Assembly (NCBI GenBank): GCA_963845145.1
Contig: CAWJQU010000005.1
Location: forward strand, 1,323,434-1,387,433
Source: an uncultured delta proteobacterium
GTDB taxonomy: Bacteria; Desulfobacterota; Desulfobacteria; Desulfobacterales; QNYZ01
DNA length: 64,000 nucleotides
Reading direction: 5' to 3'
Shown: positions 1-10,480 of the stretch, in pieces
Position numbering within the stretch: the stretch's first letter is position 1
Layout: each line of letters opens with the position of its first letter
Translations under genes and position numbers: made by a program
Notes under the pieces: model-generated
The model's input: only the letters and a program-made list of their open reading frames with translations
The model's database searches: none
What the model was told of the DNA's origin: nothing

Positions 1-162
1 AATGCGCTTTATGTGATGTTGTACTACTTGGGTGGCTGGCTTGGCATTACCGGTACGGGTATGGTTTACAAGCTTGGTGGGTGGAATGCTTTTATCTATA
101 TTTCCCTGATGCTTTTGGTAATTCCCATCGGTGTTGGTATCACTGAATACTTAGATCGGTGA
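1..162 (+). CDS. C-terminal fragment of a probable MFS transporter (runs off window start)
   Basis: Frame 1 reads NALYVMLYYLGGWLGITGTGMVYKLGGWNAF...EYLDR*; hydrophobic and similar to the last two TM helices of YnfM-like MFS proteins. Confidence 0.55.
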   Translation, partial: NALYVMLYYLGGWLGITGTGMVYKLGGWNAFIYISLMLLVIPIGVGITEYLDR

Positions 163-307
163 ACGCAAAGATCGGGTTTAGGTAACGATTTGTAATAGTC
201 TATTTTTATCGTGTCGCTTGGCTAACGGCTTGTAAAGTGATTTTAAGATATTAAAATATAAATGAGTACATATTGGTTTGATTGTCTTTATAAAAAAGGA
301 GAACTTC

Positions 308-760
308 ATGCGCTGGTTTTCGATATTATTGGTAACGATATTTTACGTTTCGCCTGTTTTGGCCGAAGATAATGGCCTGGTGACGGTTAAAAGTGTTCAC
401 AGTGTACAGCAGACGGGCGATCGATTAGAGTCTGCTTTAAAAGGCAAGGGCATGACGGTTTTTGCCCGGATTGATCACGCCCAAGGGGCTAAAAAGGTGG
501 ATAAGGAATTGCGTCCCACTCAGCTGGTGATTTTCGGAAACCCCAAAGCAGGCACGCCCTTGATGCAGTGCGCCCAAAGTGTTGCCATCGATCTTCCCCA
601 AAAAGCCCTTATCTGGGAGGATAAAAATGGAGGTGTCTGGCTGTCATATAATGACCCACAGTATTTGGTAAAGCGTCACGAGATATCGGGTTGTGACAAA
701 GTCATCGCCAATATTACCAAAGCACTGGGCAATTTTGCGAAACAGGCAACGACTCCCTAA
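308..760 (+). CDS. DUF302 domain secreted protein
   Basis: Signal peptide, VFARIDH, IFGNPKAGTPLMQ and IDLPQKALIWED motifs; AAGGAG RBS before ATG 308. Confidence 0.85.
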   Translation: MRWFSILLVTIFYVSPVLAEDNGLVTVKSVHSVQQTGDRLESALKGKGMTVFARIDHAQGAKKVDKELRPTQLVIFGNPKAGTPLMQCAQSVAIDLPQKALIWEDKNGGVWLSYNDPQYLVKRHEISGCDKVIANITKALGNFAKQATTP

Positions 761-879
761 GCGTTCAATAGATCCGGATCAGTCTATGCCCGGATCAGTA
801 TAGACCCGGATCAGCCGAAAGGGCGTTGATACCGATCTTTAAATTCAGCCATTGTGAAAGTGTGGACCTGGGTGCCCGC

Positions 880-1060
880 TTTTTCGACAGTATCGCCGGA
901 ACCATCGGTAATAAGTGCTACAAGATACCGGGAGAGCCCGGCACATCTCCTCAACACTGCATTGAGTGGGGGGCGCTCGTCTACGAATCCGAATACCTGT
1001 TCGGATCTTCCGAGAAGATTGCCACGGCTTTTTTAAAATACACCGCTCCCGGCGAAGACG
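880..1060 (-). mobile_element. IS3-family transposase remnant (orfA end / orfB start), degenerate
   Basis: Minus strand encodes ERLRRERCILKK, then AVAIFSEDPNR in a shifted frame (orfA C-terminus) and SVEEMCRALPVSCSTYYRW (orfB N-terminus); no DDE domain follows. Confidence 0.6.
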
Positions 1061-1456
1061 CTCGGTTTCCCATGGTGGTATTCCTCCCACAGCCTCATAG
1101 AACTTATCTGTTTGGTGTGTCCACTATTTTGAGACGAGCCAGGTATTTAAAATATGGTGGCAGGAGCCGATATTTCCAAATTTTCCGTATCAACTTACAA
1201 CACTAATTATATCGTGGTTAAACACCATCAGATTTCAAAGGCATTGTCGACATTAAAGAAAAGCGGATATGAGCTTAAATAACTTCTTATGTTACCCCCG
1301 ATTTAAAAGGTGAATGAGGATATGGCTTTGATATATTGAATTTTAAGCCCATCCGCAGAATCCTACCAGCCACTTTGGCCGGTAAGCTTGACAGGTAAGG
1401 CGATTTTCAATATGGTTTCCGCTCAGATTAGGTTCAAATATCTCGGCGGAGTCTTT

Positions 1457-2080
1457 ATGCGGCAGTTTTTTATAACCCTTTTTACGCCGCTGGCTCGGCG
1501 GTTTGGGTGGGTTCATCCCAACACACTTACGATTCTCTCTCTCATTACGGGCGTATTAGCGGGAATTGCTTTATTGGCAACTCATCTTCACCCTGCCTTC
1601 TTTATTATGGCAGCCGCTATGATTGGTCTTTCGGGCACCTGTGACAGCCTGGATGGAATTATTGCCCGAATGAATCATCAAACGACCCAAATGGGTGATT
1701 TCCTCGATCATTTTTTTGATCGTATCGTAGAAATCTTTATCTTTGTGGGTTTATCCTTGTCACCCGGGGCAAATACCATTTTCGGACTTCTCGTGATCGT
1801 TCTGATTTTGTTAAACGGATATCTGGGGACACAGATCGAAGCCTCATTCGGTCAACGGTATTATGGTGGTGGCGGCAAGGCGGAACTCTTTGTCGCTTTG
1901 GTACTGGGTTGTTTCATGCTCGGTTTTTGGCCAGGGATCTCATTAAAACTCGGTCAATTGAAAATTACGGTAGAGAACCTCTTTTTTGCGGGCCTTTGTT
2001 TGGCTACAGTGATCAGTCTCGTCAAACGCTTACTCTATGTCCGCCACCATTTTGTTGGCGAAATCGCAGGGCGAAAATAA
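1457..2080 (+). CDS. CDP-alcohol phosphatidyltransferase family protein
   Basis: HPNTLT and DSLDGIIAR...GDFLDHFFD signature. Confidence 0.85.
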   Translation: MRQFFITLFTPLARRFGWVHPNTLTILSLITGVLAGIALLATHLHPAFFIMAAAMIGLSGTCDSLDGIIARMNHQTTQMGDFLDHFFDRIVEIFIFVGLSLSPGANTIFGLLVIVLILLNGYLGTQIEASFGQRYYGGGGKAELFVALVLGCFMLGFWPGISLKLGQLKITVENLFFAGLCLATVISLVKRLLYVRHHFVGEIAGRK

Positions 2081-2081
2081 A

Positions 2082-2960
2082 ATGGAGGTCTCTCAGATTG
2101 CGGTTCGCACGGTGGTGTTATGGTCACTTTTTCCAGTTCTCGCCATACCGATCGGATTGCTTTTTCGGCACAAAGGATCCAACTGGTTTTCGTCTCGTGT
2201 TTATATATGGTTTTTTATCATTCCTGTTTTTCTTTGCTCAGCCTATGTGGACGCATTTTATTTTTTAGCACTAATGGTCATGAGCGGTATGGTCGCTATT
2301 TTCGAACTGACAACCCTGGAGCGTCGCGGGACCTTTTTACCCGTAATCTATCTATTGACGCTTGTGCTGGCAGTACCTTGGCTCTTTTGGGCACAGTTTG
2401 ACCTAACTTATCCATGGGTGCTGGGAAGCAGTTTTGTCCTTCTCTCAGGGCTGCTGGTTCTAATTTCCATTGGCTATAACACCCCTTTACAGCTTCCCGC
2501 CCTTGCGATCCTCCTGGGCGCCTCTCTCTCATTTTGGATTTTGCTTCGAACCCTGCCAAACGGTTTCCGGTTTGTCCTCTTCGCTTTTTCAGTCGTGGTA
2601 CTCAACGACATGATGGCATCTTTAGGCGGCAAATTATTGGGGCGCCGGCATCCTTTTCCCAGGCTAAGTCCTCATAAAACCATGGCTGGATTTATTTTCG
2701 GGACAATCGGCGGGGTACTGGCGGCGTATTTATTCTGGTTTGCACTATATGAATTCACTTTTTTTGAGATCACCATTGCCGGTATCCTGCTCTCGATAAC
2801 CGCACCTGCCGGGGACCTGTTTGCATCCTTTATTAAACGATATTATGGCGTCAAGGATTTTGGCACCCTGTTCGGCCGGATGGGCGGTATGCTTGATCGT
2901 ATGGATTCACTGCTACTTTCCGGATGGGTGTTTTTTATGTATTTGCAAATCTCTACCTAA
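2082..2960 (+). CDS. Phosphatidate cytidylyltransferase (CdsA family)
   Basis: SPHKT, GDLFASFIKRYYGVKDFG and GGMLDRMDS motifs. Confidence 0.85.
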   Translation: MEVSQIAVRTVVLWSLFPVLAIPIGLLFRHKGSNWFSSRVYIWFFIIPVFLCSAYVDAFYFLALMVMSGMVAIFELTTLERRGTFLPVIYLLTLVLAVPWLFWAQFDLTYPWVLGSSFVLLSGLLVLISIGYNTPLQLPALAILLGASLSFWILLRTLPNGFRFVLFAFSVVVLNDMMASLGGKLLGRRHPFPRLSPHKTMAGFIFGTIGGVLAAYLFWFALYEFTFFEITIAGILLSITAPAGDLFASFIKRYYGVKDFGTLFGRMGGMLDRMDSLLLSGWVFFMYLQIST

Positions 2961-3144
2961 TTGACACTCGAATGGCTCGCTTGAGCGCCCTGATAAAGAC
3001 CGGCTTAATCCATTTTGGGTTCTTACGATTATTACGGTTACGATGGTCTTTTGGCGTCCATAGAATTTTATTTTTGGGAGCGGCTTGCCTGCTTCGACTA
3101 AACCAACCTGAATAATTCAGTCGTTTCAAACAACCCCACTTTTT

Positions 3145-4548
3145 TCAAAAACGATAGGATACATTTAAAAACAGTCGGTCATTGCTACCGATGTTTTCCA
3201 TCAGGTAGTTATTCCCACCTTGATATATGATAACCCCTGTGCCGATGGATAAACGGTCGGTGAGTGCGTAGGTAGTGGCAAAACGGTACAGGGCACCATT
3301 TGAAAAGTCGAGGCCAAGATTATAAGTATAAAAAGATAGCTTCAGTAAATCATGAAAAAAATGACGAGATAGACTTAACGCCCAGACCAAGCCATGTTCT
3401 TCCGGCAACCCATCCGTTTCAGATGTTGGCAAATCCAGGTTGTATAGATACCGGTAGAGAAGCTCAAAGGTGATAAAGGTGTGCCTAAATCCTGTGTACT
3501 CGACGCCAAACAAGGTATCTATTTGAGATACTTTCTGATTGGGTAGGGCATAAAATTGTCGATTGTCACTATAAGCTGTTTCCGCTTTGAGTAGCCAACT
3601 TTCAAAGACGCGATCCAATGATATCCCTACGAGGTGGTGACGGTTTACACGCCGTAATGAAATATCCTCAGTTAATCCGATCAAAGGCTGTTCATCGAGA
3701 AATGAGGCTAGGGCCAGGTTGATACCCAGGCCGTTGATCAAGCCACCGGCAAATAACCCGTAGCTTTGATGGTCTAACCCTGTTTCAATGTTTTCCACCG
3801 GGGGTAGATTGAAGGTAAATGGATAAAAATCACTACCGTAAGGAGGGTATTTATCAGTTCGAAATTCGTGGGTTGCTATTCCAGTAAAACGCCAGTGGTT
3901 ATGAGAAAAATCAACACGGCTCATGCCTACGGGTAGGAGATAATAGTCAATATCGACCAGCCCCGGCTTTCGCAAATCCACAGGATTGAGGTGATCAATT
4001 ACGGGAAGCAGGCTCGCCTTTCCAAGCGACACAATTTGTCGGCCGATTTTTAAGTCTAACTTTGACGTCAGGTGGCCGGTCAAATATGCTTCGTCAATTG
4101 ATAGCTCATCCCCATACGCATCCCGAATTTCCGAGTTGTATTTCTCTATACCGTTAAAGCGAAAAGCAAAATCATAATATCCATGACCACGGATCAAACC
4201 ACTCAGTCGATTCCGATAGCGGGCTTCTATGCCCAGATCCAGGATGGGTTTGAAACTGGTAATCCCGTGGAAGTCTGTGTTATTGGAAAAAGAAGAATGC
4301 GCACGGAGGGCATAGATGCTTTCAAATCGCAGTGATCCAAAAACATGACTGGAAAAAGGTGTGGCAGTTTTGGTTTCAGATGGGCTATCCGTAGGTTCCG
4401 ATGGTCTAAGCGTTGGGAGCGCGGGTCCGGGGAGATCAAATCCCTCTAAAACCGCATCGGTGTCGACCTGGTTTTCAGCCGCGATACCAACCACAGAGGA
4501 AATGGTAAGAATAAAGCAATAAAAAAAAATAAAAAACGCGCGAGTCAC
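3145..4548 (-). CDS. Outer-membrane beta-barrel protein (DUF1302-like)
   Basis: Signal peptide, LKIGRQIVSLG motif, C-terminal VSYRF; adjacent to LolA-like and MMPL genes. Confidence 0.6.
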   Translation of the reverse strand: MTRAFFIFFYCFILTISSVVGIAAENQVDTDAVLEGFDLPGPALPTLRPSEPTDSPSETKTATPFSSHVFGSLRFESIYALRAHSSFSNNTDFHGITSFKPILDLGIEARYRNRLSGLIRGHGYYDFAFRFNGIEKYNSEIRDAYGDELSIDEAYLTGHLTSKLDLKIGRQIVSLGKASLLPVIDHLNPVDLRKPGLVDIDYYLLPVGMSRVDFSHNHWRFTGIATHEFRTDKYPPYGSDFYPFTFNLPPVENIETGLDHQSYGLFAGGLINGLGINLALASFLDEQPLIGLTEDISLRRVNRHHLVGISLDRVFESWLLKAETAYSDNRQFYALPNQKVSQIDTLFGVEYTGFRHTFITFELLYRYLYNLDLPTSETDGLPEEHGLVWALSLSRHFFHDLLKLSFYTYNLGLDFSNGALYRFATTYALTDRLSIGTGVIIYQGGNNYLMENIGSNDRLFLNVSYRF

Positions 4549-4642
4549 GTTACAGCCCCGGATATAATCATTATGATAGAACGCTTGGCAAGATCAGAAG
4601 CTGCCTCCTACTTTAAAACAAAATAGTAGTGATTCCTTCAAA

Positions 4643-5506
4643 TCACAACCCTTGTTCAAGCCGTTGAATGGTAAAGAGTTGTTTGGGAAAGGGCTGGTTA
4701 AAAGCGATGGAATTAATGCGTAAAACAGTTTGATGTAAAATTTTCTTCTTTTTTACCGTTTTTGCGTGTATTTCCATGGGAACCCAAATGTGGTCAATCA
4801 AGTCGAGCTGTTTGACCTCGATATATTTTAAGGTGTCCTTCCCAGATAACCAATGGACGGCACGAATGGTCACATAATTATCCTTACGGATCAAAAACAA
4901 TGATTTTGAATATCCGTAATCCCGCATTATTTCACCATCTTTGGGTGTTGCCTCGATAATCCAAACCGGATGGGTTCCGATCTGCGAATCTTTAATAAAC
5001 CGATAAGTAAAATTAGTTGGCACCTGGGTCGTCAAATCAGCATGGGAGAAATCAGAACCCATGAAAGAACCACCATTGCTTTCCGAAGCAATACGTTTGG
5101 TTTTGTGGTAGGAAGGCAGGAAAATCCACTGAGCATCTTTTTGATCCTGATCTTTATAGTCATCTATTAAAAAAGCAGTGTTTCGGACATCCGCAGGCTC
5201 TATAAAGAAAAGAAGTCGCTGCCTTTTCTCGTGATCCTCTCTGGTAAGGCTTTTGATTTTACGGATGCGTGAACTCCCGCTATTGCCGATAAGTATCATT
5301 TCGACAATGCTATCGATATTATTACCTTTAGGGCGTAAATATACCTGGTCCATAATCTTAATAATATCTGGCGCGGGGGGCTCCCCAATCTTCGGGTCAG
5401 AAAGTGCTTGGCAGGGTGCCAAGATTTGAAAAGATACAAGCCCGACCAGAACAAGCGCTATTAGCATGGATGGCTTCACTTGGCTTTTTCTCCTCCATAG
5501 GCGCAC
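4643..5506 (-). CDS. Outer-membrane lipoprotein-sorting protein (LolA-like)
   Basis: FIEPADVRNTAFL, QWIFLPS and SFMGSDFSHADL motifs; start may be slightly downstream. Confidence 0.8.
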   Translation of the reverse strand: MRLWRRKSQVKPSMLIALVLVGLVSFQILAPCQALSDPKIGEPPAPDIIKIMDQVYLRPKGNNIDSIVEMILIGNSGSSRIRKIKSLTREDHEKRQRLLFFIEPADVRNTAFLIDDYKDQDQKDAQWIFLPSYHKTKRIASESNGGSFMGSDFSHADLTTQVPTNFTYRFIKDSQIGTHPVWIIEATPKDGEIMRDYGYSKSLFLIRKDNYVTIRAVHWLSGKDTLKYIEVKQLDLIDHIWVPMEIHAKTVKKKKILHQTVLRINSIAFNQPFPKQLFTIQRLEQGL

Positions 5507-7898
5507 GCCATGATCGCCGGAGCCAGCAGGAAATCTGAAAGCAATGCTAGTATAATTGTTATGCCGGTTATCAGGCCAAAGTTTTGAAGGCTTGTGATTG
5601 TTGAAAATAGGAACACGGAGGCGCCAACCGTAAGGACCATGCTAGTCGTCAGCATTGCGTGACCAGCGGTCTGCATGGTCATGGAAACCGCCTGGGACAC
5701 ATCATTTGTGATAGAATGATAACGGTGAAAATGATACATAAAATGGACTGTATCGTCAACCGCTATTCCCAGCGCAATACTACCGACCAACATAGTGTAC
5801 ATATCCATGGGCATCCCTATCCACCCAATAATTCCGATGGCGATAAAAATGGGAAGCAGATTCGGAAGCATGCTCAAACATCCAATTTTAAATTTTCCGA
5901 TAAGCAGAATCATCATCAATGTGATGGCCACTCCAGCCAGCACATAACTTTTGATCATGCTTTGCATGGTGGCATGTAATGTTCTGGCCAAGAGGGGAAT
6001 GTTACCGGTGATGGTAATTTTTGCCAGGCCGGAAAAGATTTTCTGGCACCGATTTTCGATTTTTTCAATAAAGCGGCCATAGGAAACTGCATCGACCCAG
6101 GGCGCATAGAGTGTCATGCGCCCGATGCGATAACTGGTGTCTACCCATTCATTGGGAAAATTGGGGGATCCGGTTTCAAGCAGCAACAACTCCTGGGCGA
6201 GCATTTTTGGGTCGTCCGGAATCCGATACGCTTGGTCCTTGTTGTTATTTAAGGACCAATGGGCGTGTTTTATCATATCGGCTATAGATGCGGTATTTCC
6301 GACTGTAACTTCCTGGGTTGAAAGGGCATCCAAATTACCCTTTAATTGGTCAAGGCGCTGAAGGATTTCAAGTGATTTAAATCCATCATCACGCTCAGTA
6401 TCCACCATTATTTCAACATTGATCAGCCCCTTTAAATGTTTATCAATGATCTCAGTGGAACGGCGGATGGGCGTGTTTTCCGGCATCCAATGTAGCGGAT
6501 TATGGCTTAACTTGAGTTTTGCAATACCGACAAAAGCGATGGAGAGTATAAGCACACTACCGAAAATGATAGACTTGGTGTGGGAAACCGAGAACCTAGC
6601 GAACCAATCAATAATAATACGCATACCGTTTTGGATTCGCCTTCGGCCGCTTACATGGCTGATCTTGATAGGGATTATGGATAGAAGGGCTGGCAAAAAG
6701 ATTATTGCATATAAATAAGATAGTAGTACCCCCAACCCCGCAAAAAGACCGAGATCTGCAACCGGAGCAACGTCAGCCATTGAAAAAGAAAAAAGCCCGG
6801 CGGCCGTGGTTAAACTGGTAATGGTAATTGCAAAACCGGAGTGGCTCAGTGTGGATGCAATGGCCTCCTGGCGGGAGGCACTTTTTTTTGGTAGATATAA
6901 AAAAGAGTCATCACATGAACGCAGGCCCCGATCCCTACCGCCATCAAAAAGGAAGGTAGTATGGTTGTTGGCGTTTTCATGGGACGGTTAAAAAGGGCCA
7001 TCAACCCCATCGTGGACGCAATTGAGCTAAAAACGACAATAAATGGCAAGATAACCCCCGAAAGCCGGCGCAACAATAGGAAAAGAACAAGCGCGATGGC
7101 AATCGTGGAAAAACTGATAAAACGAAGGGTATCGTGTTTTATCGTCTGTCGTACAAATTGATTATAAATAGGCAGACCCGTGGGATAAATTTGGAAGTTC
7201 TTGTCCTGATGTTCGTTGACAATTGTATGAACGGCATTGACGACCTCATCAATTTTTTCTTTTCCAAGGGTAATGGGTTCGGTAGCGAGGTTTTGATTTG
7301 AATTCGACTCGATAAGATCGGTGTCAAACACCGATAGAATATCTTCTTCTAATCCCTTGCTGACGGGGTCAGCCTGACTGTCGATGGATAATGTGAGGAT
7401 GGCAAAGAGTTCATCATGGGTATAAAATCGGTTCCTGTATAGAGGGGCGGTGCGAATAAAGTTGAGGGTGTAGTTGAATGCTTCGGGGGTTTCGGGCCAC
7501 GAATCTAGGAGTGTGTTCACAATAATACTATCTTTGTCACTTTTGAAAATAGGCGCTGACAAAATGCTACTTACATTTTGAGTGTAGGGGACTCCTGATG
7601 CGAGGGAGTTGTGCAGGGCGCGAAGTTTTTCCAAAAAGGGTGCTGAAAAAATGTTTGGAGAACGGATACCTAAAACAATTCGTTCGTCTGAGCCGAACAG
7701 GTTTTTAAATTTTTTATAAGCAATTAGGGATGGATCGTTATCTTTGAGATAATACTCAATCGAGGAATCGACACGGATCTTCATCAAGGGTAAGCAAAGC
7801 AGAATGACCAATGCGGTCATGCCGCTGATGACCAGAACATCATGTTTGGTTACTATTTTGGCCAGTTGACCAAAAAAATGCTCGAAAAACGTACGCAT
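5476..7898 (-). CDS. MMPL/RND family transporter, split by one frameshift in a homopolymer near 6882-6889
   Basis: Two ORFs (6846-8012, 5476-6780) give the N- and C-halves; bridging frame reads QEAIASTLSHSGFAITITSLTTAAGLFSF; GIAVDDTVH motif. Confidence 0.8.
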
Positions 7899-7918
7899 GA
7901 GGAAATCAGGGGCCTCTT

Positions 7919-8845
7919 TTATCCAAAGTGAGCACGATATCGGGCGTTGAACTGGCCCAAAGAAAAAGAATGGGCTTGGGTCCCCTGTTTTTCCACGGCA
8001 TAACTCGCGCAAACCGTTCCCATGCGGGCGGCATCAGCCAATGGTTTTTTCTCGATAAGTCCTTTGATGAGGCCAGCGCGAAACGCGTCCCCGGCGCCAG
8101 TGGGATCGACTGCATCAGAAACGGGAACCGATTCGATAGGGATTTCGGATTGGGTGGTTCGAATCACTGATCCATCGGCACCGAGTGTCGTGATAACCGC
8201 TTCGCATTGATTGAGAAAATCGTCATTACTCATACCGGTCGCATTCTTGATCAATTCCAACTCATATTCATTTGAAATTAAATAATGGCATCCCTTGATC
8301 ATGGTCTTAAGGGCCTCACCTGTCAACGCAGGTATCGCCTGGCCGGGATCGAAAATATAGTCAACACCGTTTTCTTTATAATACCGACTGTAAATTTGCA
8401 TGTCATCGAGATTTCCGGGGGCTACAATGGCCATGACGTCACCGGGATCGATGAAGTTAAATTTATAACGCGAAGGATGTTGCATGGCACCGGGATTAAA
8501 CGCAGTAATCTGATTGTCTGATTGATCCGTGATGATGTAGGCACCCGGCGTGAGGGTCTCTTTCATGCGACGGATTCCTGCGGTAGATAGGCGGCATCGG
8601 TCCAGCCAGCTTTCATAGCGGTCGAAATCGCTACCGGCTGATGCGAGAATAACCGGTTTTTCCTCTAAGAGAGAGAGGGAATAAGCAATATTGCCAGCCG
8701 TTCCGCCGTATTTTTCAACCAATCCGTTCACCATGAAGGCGACATTTAAATTGTGAAGTTGATTGGGTAGAATATGATCTTCAAATTTTCCCGGGAAATC
8801 CATGATACGATCATAAGCCACGGATCCGGATATGTAAATTTGCAC
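7919..8845 (-). CDS. PfkB family carbohydrate/nucleoside kinase
   Basis: GSVAYD, GGTAGNIAY and DPTGAGDAFRAG signature. Confidence 0.9.
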   Translation of the reverse strand: MQIYISGSVAYDRIMDFPGKFEDHILPNQLHNLNVAFMVNGLVEKYGGTAGNIAYSLSLLEEKPVILASAGSDFDRYESWLDRCRLSTAGIRRMKETLTPGAYIITDQSDNQITAFNPGAMQHPSRYKFNFIDPGDVMAIVAPGNLDDMQIYSRYYKENGVDYIFDPGQAIPALTGEALKTMIKGCHYLISNEYELELIKNATGMSNDDFLNQCEAVITTLGADGSVIRTTQSEIPIESVPVSDAVDPTGAGDAFRAGLIKGLIEKKPLADAARMGTVCASYAVEKQGTQAHSFSLGQFNARYRAHFG

Positions 8846-8871
8846 GCGTTTTTCCTTCCAGGCGATGATAT

Positions 8872-9579
8872 TCAGAAAACATCACCCATGTTGGGATTCA
8901 ATGCTTTTAAAAGCGGTACCATCAATTGCCGGTGTTCGGGTGGAATCATCAAGACAGTCAGGGGACGGTTGGTAATAAGGCCGTCGGTAATGTTTGTGTG
9001 CTTTGCTAATTGATAATCATCGCGGTTATTTTCATTCGACAAATAGGTAAGCACATCAGTTAAATTACCGGTCAAGCCGTCCTGGTCGATATGCTCAGTA
9101 AATTGCATCAAAACATTATTCATCGAAAGCTTAAACGGATCCATACTGGCATAGCCGGTCTCACGGCAATCAACGGTGGAAACCATGGTTCGACAGGCCA
9201 ACGGGCGAACGGCGTATACTGCACAGATGTTGTCCCTTAAGAAAGGGCATACACCCGGAGCAGGATCTGATTCCTCTTCTGAAGGCTCGATATTATTAAT
9301 GCAATGTTGGGCTAATGCGTTAATGGTGAGTTTTGGTCGAAATAGAGATTGTTTTTTTAAGGCAGGTACTTGGTCCAGCAAATTTGCCTGTTTCGTTTGG
9401 ATCAAATGGGAAATGAGTTGATATCCCTCCAGTGTCGTCATCGTTACATTTAAGGTGCAACAGGTGGCACATCCTTGATGGCAAAACAGGTTGCGGCCAT
9501 CCAACTTGCGGCCATCAAGGGCATCTCGTAAGACACGATAAATTTGGGCTAAGGCGGCAAGCTTTACTTTCGTAGACAT
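8872..9579 (-). CDS. YkgJ family cysteine-cluster protein
   Basis: CHQGCATCC and CPFL...CAVYAVRPLACR. Confidence 0.8.
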   Translation of the reverse strand: MSTKVKLAALAQIYRVLRDALDGRKLDGRNLFCHQGCATCCTLNVTMTTLEGYQLISHLIQTKQANLLDQVPALKKQSLFRPKLTINALAQHCINNIEPSEEESDPAPGVCPFLRDNICAVYAVRPLACRTMVSTVDCRETGYASMDPFKLSMNNVLMQFTEHIDQDGLTGNLTDVLTYLSNENNRDDYQLAKHTNITDGLITNRPLTVLMIPPEHRQLMVPLLKALNPNMGDVF

Positions 9580-9595
9580 TCAAAATCACCGGACA

Positions 9596-10468
9596 TTATT
9601 GCTCAACCATTTTACTTCGGTTTTGAATATACGCACTACGAAACATCAAATAAGGATCAAGAGAGGCCTCCTTGAGGGCTTCCAGGTCGCCAATCCGGAA
9701 GGATAAACGGTTTGTAATATCTAAAGCGCGTTTGCTTATGGGGACATACCAGGGTTGCAGATAAGACGCCGGGTCAAATAAAAAATCGCCCACCAAGCCC
9801 ACTGAATCCCGTAGGGTCGATGGGCCTAAGACCGGTAGCACTATGTAAATACCGTTGCCGATCCCATAGTGACCCAGGGTTTGCCCCATGTCCTCTTGAC
9901 TGGGATTTAAAGCGGGAAAATTGGCAGCGGGATTTCCGAGCCCCAATAAACCGACCGTTGAGTTGACAAAGAACCGGCCGAATTCTCCTCCGGCGGCGCG
10001 GACCTTGCCCTGAAACAGACAATTGGCCATCCGTCCGATACCGGCGATGTTGTAAAGCATATTTCCGACACCGAGTCGAACCGGCTCAGGTACGACCGCT
10101 CGATACCCTTTAGCGATCGGTTTCAGACACCAGAAGTACAGTTTATCATTAAAGTTAAAAATTATCCGATTGACCGGGGCAAGAGGATCGGAAACTTGGG
10201 CGGTATCGGACAAAAATTCATTTTCAAAAAAATTGTCGTCATCCTCGAAAGCCTCATCCGCGGATGTTACCTCTTCGGAAGTCTTATCCCCGGATCCCTC
10301 ATCTTCGGAAACAGGCAGTGACACTTTTTCTTGGGGCGCGGGAGACGTTTCGGTGGAGCCCCGCTGAATCTGTCTATTTTGAGCGCATCCCGACATCACC
10401 ATAGCTAAAATAATACCGAGGGCGAAAAAGATCGCCATTTGCCGGGTTGGGTAAATCGTTTTTCTCAT
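9596..10468 (-). CDS. mlaA: VacJ/MlaA family lipoprotein
   Basis: Lipobox MSGC; DPLAPVNR, RFFVNSTVG, EDMGQTLG and LPVLGPSTLRD motifs. Confidence 0.9.
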   Translation of the reverse strand: MRKTIYPTRQMAIFFALGIILAMVMSGCAQNRQIQRGSTETSPAPQEKVSLPVSEDEGSGDKTSEEVTSADEAFEDDDNFFENEFLSDTAQVSDPLAPVNRIIFNFNDKLYFWCLKPIAKGYRAVVPEPVRLGVGNMLYNIAGIGRMANCLFQGKVRAAGGEFGRFFVNSTVGLLGLGNPAANFPALNPSQEDMGQTLGHYGIGNGIYIVLPVLGPSTLRDSVGLVGDFLFDPASYLQPWYVPISKRALDITNRLSFRIGDLEALKEASLDPYLMFRSAYIQNRSKMVEQ

Positions 10469-10480
10469 CGGTTCACCTCT

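Noticed and set aside
826..1206. 126-aa plus-strand ORF
   Set aside because: No recognisable motif; it is antisense to an IS3 remnant.
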